Positions 20,301 through 26,155 of a stretch of 64,000 nt of DNA are shown piece by piece. Made by a program: the position numbers and the translations under genes. This DNA is from Schmidtea nova (taxonomy: Eukaryota). The notes beneath the pieces are model-generated. The model saw nothing but the letters and a program-made list of their open reading frames with translations, made no database searches and was not told the origin of the DNA. The stretch lies in assembly GCA_044892505.1 (NCBI GenBank), contig CM097882.1:321966001-322030000 (forward strand). The letters run 5' to 3'. Position 1 is the first letter of the stretch. Each line of letters begins with the position of its first letter.

Positions 20301-23300
20301 ACGCCAGTATTTTCTTAATTCCGGATCAATTATTGCCAATATTTCCATTATTGTTTTCGATATCCATTCCTCCCCCTGACATATTGGTGTTGTCTCTTTT
20401 TCTTTCATCTCCGCAATTTTATTTAGTTTCTTTAAACATAATTCCCATTGATCTTGTCTCTTTTCGTCTTTATTTCTTACAACTACATTCGCTAGGTCTG
20501 TCTTGGGTCTACCTCTAGGTCGTTTATCCATTCCTGTGCCTGTTTCCACAAATCTTGTTGCTCGTCCAGTTTCTTCCGTGACATCTCTTGGTTCGTTAGC
20601 TCTCTCTTCCAACCATCTTTCCATTTCCTGGGTTAATTGTACATTTTCGACATTTGCTCTTCTCGTTTCGTCTTCTGTCAAATCGTTTATTTCTTCTATT
20701 ATTATTTCTTCTTCGACTTCTGTTCCTCCGGTGTTGGTTATTTGTATTGTCGTAGGTAATTCTTGTATTCTTTCGAAAATATTGTCGTCTTTTTCCTTTG
20801 TTAATTCGGTTAATTCTTCTATCATATCGTCGCTGTCTGTAAATATTTCGTCCACGTCGTATGGTTGTGGTGGAGTCCTTTCTCTATTTCCTCTGGGTGT
20901 TGTCTCAGATCGTCTCGAACTTGTCCCTGGTGTTAGTGCTGATTTCATCGGGCTCGGCGTACTTATACTTCCGTGTGGTTTATGGTTTTCTTCTTTACGT
21001 TTCAATGGTTGACCCGCTATTGCTTCTACTGTCAAGGTATTCATGAGGTCTAATTGTGCTGGTGTTATTCCGATTTCCAAACTGTTATCTAATGATCGTC
21101 CTTGGTGTTGTAAATGGAATGGTGGTTCGTATCTCAATTTCTTTTTAATATCTCGAATTTTTTCTGCTATCCCTACCCACAACTCTTCCTTATCCTTGTT
21201 TGGGTATATTACTCTTAGATGTACTTTCTGTGGAATTTCCTGTGAGAATTCTTGGTTTCTCCATTTCCTAATTACATGGTCTAGTTGTTCCGGGCACCAC
21301 TCGTTAACTCTTTTATATTCCGCGATTGCTTTTGCTACTTTACGCAAGCATGTTATATCTTCCCCATTTACCACGAAAAAATCTGCGAGACCCTTTATTA
21401 ATTTTCTCTTACCGTGCGCATTAGTTTTTAATATTTCGACGAATTCTTCCGTTTTTTGCTTTTCCCTTTCTAACCACATGGCCGCTGTTTCTGGTCCATC
21501 TAGGTCTATTGGCGTAGCTTTCCTTGTCACCATGCAAACCCTTCCTATCTCTGGTTCGCAGTCATCTTCAATTCCTCTTTTATATTCTTCTTCATATTCC
21601 CCTTCTTTTGGTTCCCAACATTTTCCTTTCTCGTTCCATTGTTTTTCTACGGGTGTTCGTATTCGTCTGTTGAGATTGAGTTCTTCTAATACATTTTCCC
21701 ATTCCGGCCAAATTCGCCAATTTCGATAGATGTCTACTATTTGTTGTAATTTGCACACAACTTCTTTCCGTCGTTCCCGTTCTCTTTTCTCGTCTTTAGC
21801 AGTTTCTCTGGGTGTATCGTCCATTCTGCTAACGTGGATTGTTTGGTGATTATCCCATATACCGATTTTATATAATCGTCTCTCATCGTGATCCCATAAT
21901 ACATGTTCGTTGTATTGTATGATTATGTCGTCTTCCCATTCGTCTTCTGGTTCTCTTTGCACTAGTGTCTCGTTGATGACATTTATTAATTCTTTAATGG
22001 TGCAATCCGCTACCACTTCAATTTCTTTGGTGTCTTCATTAGGCAATTCTACTGAAATTTTTAGATCTGTTATTTTCCCTTGTCTGAACATTGTTTTTCC
22101 CATTTTTGCGATTAATTTGTCGTGTGAGATCTGTGACCATCTCGTGTGACTTGTGTCACGTATGCACTCAATACATCGTTTCAATTTCTCGTATTCGCTT
22201 CTCATTAACTCTTTTCTATGTTTTTTGACTTGTGGTATGATTTGTTCTATCAGGGAATTTAGATTCTTTCGCAAAACTCGTTCTTTCTCGTATTCTAACC
22301 GTGGTTTTATTCTCCTTTCGAAGCACGCGTTTGCTTCCCTTGCAACTTCTTGTAGGTTCTCTTCTTCTTTTTCATCACATATTGATAACAGGGTTATTTC
22401 TCCTGGCCATATACCTGTTTCTACTAAGTGAGTTCTTTTCTTTACGAGTCTATTCTGCGAATAGATGAATTTGTTTTTGTATGAGCTCCCTAGTCTATCC
22501 TCTACCCATCTGTAGATATCGTCTGTAAATGGAGTTTTGATCCAGATTCTTGGTGTAGACGTATTTATTATTATTGAGATGGTGTAATTGAGGAGTGGTT
22601 CCTCTATTAATTTCCCTACGTATCGATTCAACATGTCTACCTCCCGGTCTTGTAACCATTCTTTGTAGTTCATTTGTAGTAATGCTTTCATGAATTTCCG
22701 ATATTGTTTCTTGTCCATGAACTCTTCGTTATATATTACTTCTAGCGAGTTATCTAGTAATTTCTGGATTTCATCTACTTTTATCTGTGTAGGTTCTGAG
22801 GTCTTTATTACTTCTCTCTCTTTATTTTCGTCTTCGGATTCATTTAATATGTCTCCTGCTAGGCTACTGATATCACTATCTTCTTCTTCATCGGAAAACT
22901 CTCTGGTGGTATTTCTTAGCATATTAATATGTGCTGTTTGGTTCGTTTCCCCTTGTATATTCTCCGTTGGTTCTGGTTCGTTTTTGTCAATTTCTGGTGT
23001 TGGTTCACTCTTATCCTCTATTACTTCGACTTTTTCCATTTTCTTTCCCAACTCCTCTATCTCTTTTAAACGTCTTCTTATCATTTTTCCTTCAAATATT
23101 CGCCGGATTCGGGTTTCGTGACGTATTGGTGGTGGAATTTCTTCTGGTTCTATTTCTTTAATTCTCATCACATTTCTTTTTGTTTCTACTACTCCCATGT
23201 TTTCCCATATATCCGTTAATTTCAATTTTACTGATGGTGCATCTCCTATTTGTAAGAACGCTTCTCTGGGCAGTTTTGTCGCTCCTGGAATCATCTGGTT

Positions 23301-25307
23301 TACTTTATTGAACAGTATTTCCACCTTTTCTTTTGCGTTATATTGGAATCGAAACATATGGTCGTTGGGCATGATTACCATCATTCCTTTTTTCCAAATT
23401 TTTCTTCTCTCTTCCTGGTTTATCTCGGTTTCCACTCCCTTTTCTGCTTCTTTTTCTACTTCTTCATCTTTTTGTACTATTTCTTTTCGACTTTCGTTGT
23501 CGGCTGGATTCGGGTCTATCGAATTCATTTCCAGTGTGGTTTCTTTCTCGCGAGTGTCTGTTTGGTTTGTTGCTCTTAGCATGTTAATTCTTAGAGGTTG
23601 TCGTTCTCTTTCTTGCTGTTTTTGTTCATCCTCTCTTTGTATTCTTGCCCATTCCTGAGCGTGTCGTGCTTGACTTTCTCGATTCAATCGTTCGTTTTCG
23701 CTTTCTATTTTTCTCATCATGCTAATTTGCTGTTGATTGGTTTGCGGATTTCCTCTCGTCGTATTGTTTATAAGTTCCGTCAATCTTTGGACTTCTTGCA
23801 TTAAATGTATTTCTTTGGGGGTGGTTTTGTTCTGATTATTGTTATTATTGACTTGTTGGTTCCCATAATCTGGTCGGTTTACGGTATTTGCTTGATTTCC
23901 GTAATTTGGTCGGTTCCCATTACTCTGCCAGTTTCCTCGTTGATTACTTTTTTGTCCGCAATTTCTTGAATAGTGACCAGGTCGTCCGCAATTATAACAG
24001 ATTATTGTAGAACATCTGCTTTCCGAGTGTCCTTTGACTCCACATTTTCCGCAATTCAAATTTTGATAGCATTCTTGCTGCCAGTGTCCCAACTTCCCGC
24101 ATGTTTTACATTGTTTTGTTTGTCTTTGAGGGTTGTAATTGTTTTGATTTTCAAAGTTCTGCACTTTATTTCCTTCATTCCTTCGTTGAGGGGGTGGTCG
24201 GTTTAATTGTTGCGAATTTGGAATATGATTGTTGAGATTTACTTCTGGTTCGGTTTGCGCTGTGTCCATGACTAAATAAATTCTGCCTTCGCTTCCTATC
24301 ATATGCAATTCAAATCGGTTAGCTGTTTCTAACGCTTGATCTATGGTTTTGCATCCTTGACATCCCACTTGTGCTCTTATGTCGGGTCTTCTTAATCCTC
24401 CTATGAAGATGGCTGCCATTAACTCCTCGTTTATTGGACCTCCATCCTTGAATACCGATTTTGCTAATTTTTTCAGTTCGCTCGCGTATACCGCATTAGA
24501 TTCATTCATCTTTTGTTTCCTCATTGAGAATTCTATGAATGCCTCGCTTAGCACTTTATTTATTCCAAATGTTTGTTGGAAAAAATCCTTTATCGCTGTC
24601 CAGCTTGTAGGTGGATTGGTACCATTTTTTGCTTCCAAATATAGGTCCAATGCACTATCTTTCAAGTATAACTGTATTCTGCTTACCGTTGTTTCAGCTT
24701 TCCATTTGCATACTTCCACGAATATGCCAAATTCTTTTAAAAAGGTTTCTAATTTACTCGCATCTCCGTTGAACGGTTCTCCTGAAAATTTATCCTTTAT
24801 TTCTTCTCTTGGTTCACCCATTTCAATTCCGCTGTCTTGAGTTATTTTACTTTCGTTTCCTCTTGTTTCTAGTTCGTTGTTATGTTCGTCTTCCGTTTTA
24901 CTCGAGCTTGAATCGCTTTCTGTTTCTCTTATTCCTTCGTTATCTGATATTATACTTTCGTTATCACTCGCGTTGATTTCTATCTCTGGTTCTACCTCGT
25001 TTTCTACTTCTTCGATATTATCGTTGTTAGTCTCGTCGCTCTCTGTTTCACTTGCTTGGTTCTCCTTGGGTTCGGCTTGGTTTTCTTTGTTACTTGAGCT
25101 GTTGCTTATTATTGACAATTTATCGTTCTCGGTAATCGATTTATCTCTTATTATTTTCCTCGATTTACTCCCTTGTGGGTTATCTTTGCCGGCTTTCTGC
25201 TTTTTTGTTGATTTTGTTGTAGTACTAGTTTTGTCTTTTTTATTACTGTTGCTATCGACTTTCTTTTCCGTTGGCTTTACTACGACACTCTTTGCTCCTT
25301 TTCTCAA
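8358..25307 (-). CDS. 5649-codon Gag-accessory-Env-Pol-accessory polyprotein
   Basis: One stop-free frame of 16.95 kb. The listed start is TTG; first in-frame ATG is at 24821 (codon 163). Subdomains listed separately. Confidence 0.95.
   Translation of the reverse strand: [5649 protein letters not shown]
8541..9815 (-). CDS. Polyprotein: membrane module B (signal-like segment, 3 Cys-containing FN3-like repeats, TM)
   Basis: [16 protein letters not shown]; repeats of CW..C..I.I..l....Y.IC..C..Y/F; internal [35 protein letters not shown] then RYRKRNK. Collinear with module A. Confidence 0.6.
10032..11800 (-). CDS. Polyprotein: membrane module A (signal-like segment, 4 Cys-containing FN3-like repeats, TM)
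   Basis: [69 protein letters not shown] resemble the FN3 L..(P).T.Y strand motif; TM [22 protein letters not shown] then RKINPKK. Confidence 0.62.
12400..13790 (-). CDS. Polyprotein: two blocks of ankyrin repeats
   Basis: [33 protein letters not shown]; second block [33 protein letters not shown]. Confidence 0.85.
14060..15200 (-). CDS. Polyprotein: integrase (HHCC, DDE core, GPY/F)
   Basis: [50 protein letters not shown]. Confidence 0.97.
15410..15800 (-). CDS. Polyprotein: RNase H
   Basis: [43 protein letters not shown]. Confidence 0.96.
16040..16810 (-). CDS. Polyprotein: reverse transcriptase (gypsy type)
   Basis: [46 protein letters not shown]; YIDD at 16197-16208; FLGH. Confidence 0.98.
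17130..17490 (-). CDS. Polyprotein: aspartic protease
   Basis: [12 protein letters not shown] (DTG at 17415-17423) and CIIGTDLM. Confidence 0.95.
17950..19871 (-). CDS. Polyprotein: envelope glycoprotein, class III fusion type resembling chuvirus G / herpesvirus gB-like retroelement Env
   Basis: Signal [22 protein letters not shown] then [86 protein letters not shown]; C-terminal TM (~18040-18143). Cys spacing matches my recollection of chuvirus-type glycoproteins. Confidence 0.8.
19975..20370 (-). CDS. Polyprotein: Bcl-2-like helical domain
   Basis: [16 protein letters not shown] fits BH2 (L..WI..NGGW..F); spacing from KLTEG to GGW is 61 aa versus 60 from ELFRDG to GGW in BCL2; BH1 NWGR not conserved. 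Confidence 0.55.
20502..20525 (-). other. Polyprotein: AT-hook motif KRPRGRPK
   Basis: Exact match to the AT-hook core PRGRP with basic flanks (aa ~1595). Confidence 0.6.
21020..23390 (-). CDS. Polyprotein: four ubiquitin-like (beta-grasp) domains at ~23180-23390, 22378-22590, 21830-22065, 21020-21228
   Basis: [45 protein letters not shown]..QTIHV and [43 protein letters not shown] align by eye to ubiquitin; [29 protein letters not shown] fits the ubiquitin C-half; the first ([13 protein letters not shown]..) is weakest. Confidence 0.55.
23958..24110 (-). CDS. Polyprotein: nucleocapsid, three CCHC zinc knuckles
   Basis: [42 protein letters not shown]. Confidence 0.97.
24290..24800 (-). CDS. 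Polyprotein: Gag capsid-like domain
   Basis: [58 protein letters not shown]..FIGGL typical of gypsy Gag. Confidence 0.85.
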
Positions 25308-25923
25308 GGGGATTACTTTTGTATACTCAATTTTCCTGTTCTATCTCTTATCGTTTTTCTGATTCTTCTTGCTTGATTGATTGATTTGATTGATTTGTAT
25401 ATCTAAAATACAAAGGTCCTCAACGATACATTATTGTTATCGTCGCGCTTTTATTCCCTTTCTTTCGGGATTACTTATTACTGGGTTTTCATTATTTCCC
25501 AATTCCCAGGTTTCCCTTTTATTTTTAGTCTATTTAAATTATCTATAGACTGGTCACAATTATCTATTTACGTCGTAATAATTATCTATACTTTATCCAA
25601 TTAATTACTTTTCCCACAGTTTCCCAATTTATTGGTCGCTCGAGCGCTCTAATTCCCTGAGTCTTTCTGACTCGTTTATCATTATTTTATCATTTCTATT
25701 CATTATTCCCTGCTAGCAATCGTTTTACTCATTCTGCCGGTTGTTCCGGTCAGCCCAAAAAATTTTTACTATTCTCCTTGCATGCTTTACTTAAGGTTGC
25801 ATAATCAGCTTTACTCGCATTTTCTTAACTACTGGTGCGCACTACTCTAAATCTCGTCGACGATTATACTAAGGGTCTATATTCCCTCTATTACTATTTA
25901 TCCGGATATATCTATAGTTCACT

Positions 25924-26115
25924 ATGGCTCTTCTGGCCTCAATTTTATATCTCACATGGCTCTATTGGAATCAATTTAATCTCTCAAATGGCTCTCTTGG
26001 CCTCAATTTAATCTCTCAAATGGCTCTCTTGGCCTCAATTTAATCTCTCAAATGGCTCTCTTGGCCTTAATTTAATCTCTCAAATGGCTCTCTTGGCCTT
26101 AATTTAATCTCTCCA
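25924..26115. repeat. 32-bp tandem array, 6 copies (partial 7th at ~26140)
   Basis: Unit atggctctcttggcctcaatttaatctctcaa at 25924, 25956, 25988, 26020, 26052, 26084. Confidence 0.95.
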
Positions 26116-26155
26116 TAACGCCTAGCTAGGTCATTCAATATGGCTCATTGGCCTC

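Noticed and set aside
5118-25362. Dozens of plus-strand hydrophobic (F/L/S/V-rich) ORFs
   Set aside because: Antisense shadows of the A-rich minus-strand ORFs; T-rich codons mimic TM segments; mostly non-ATG starts and no motifs.
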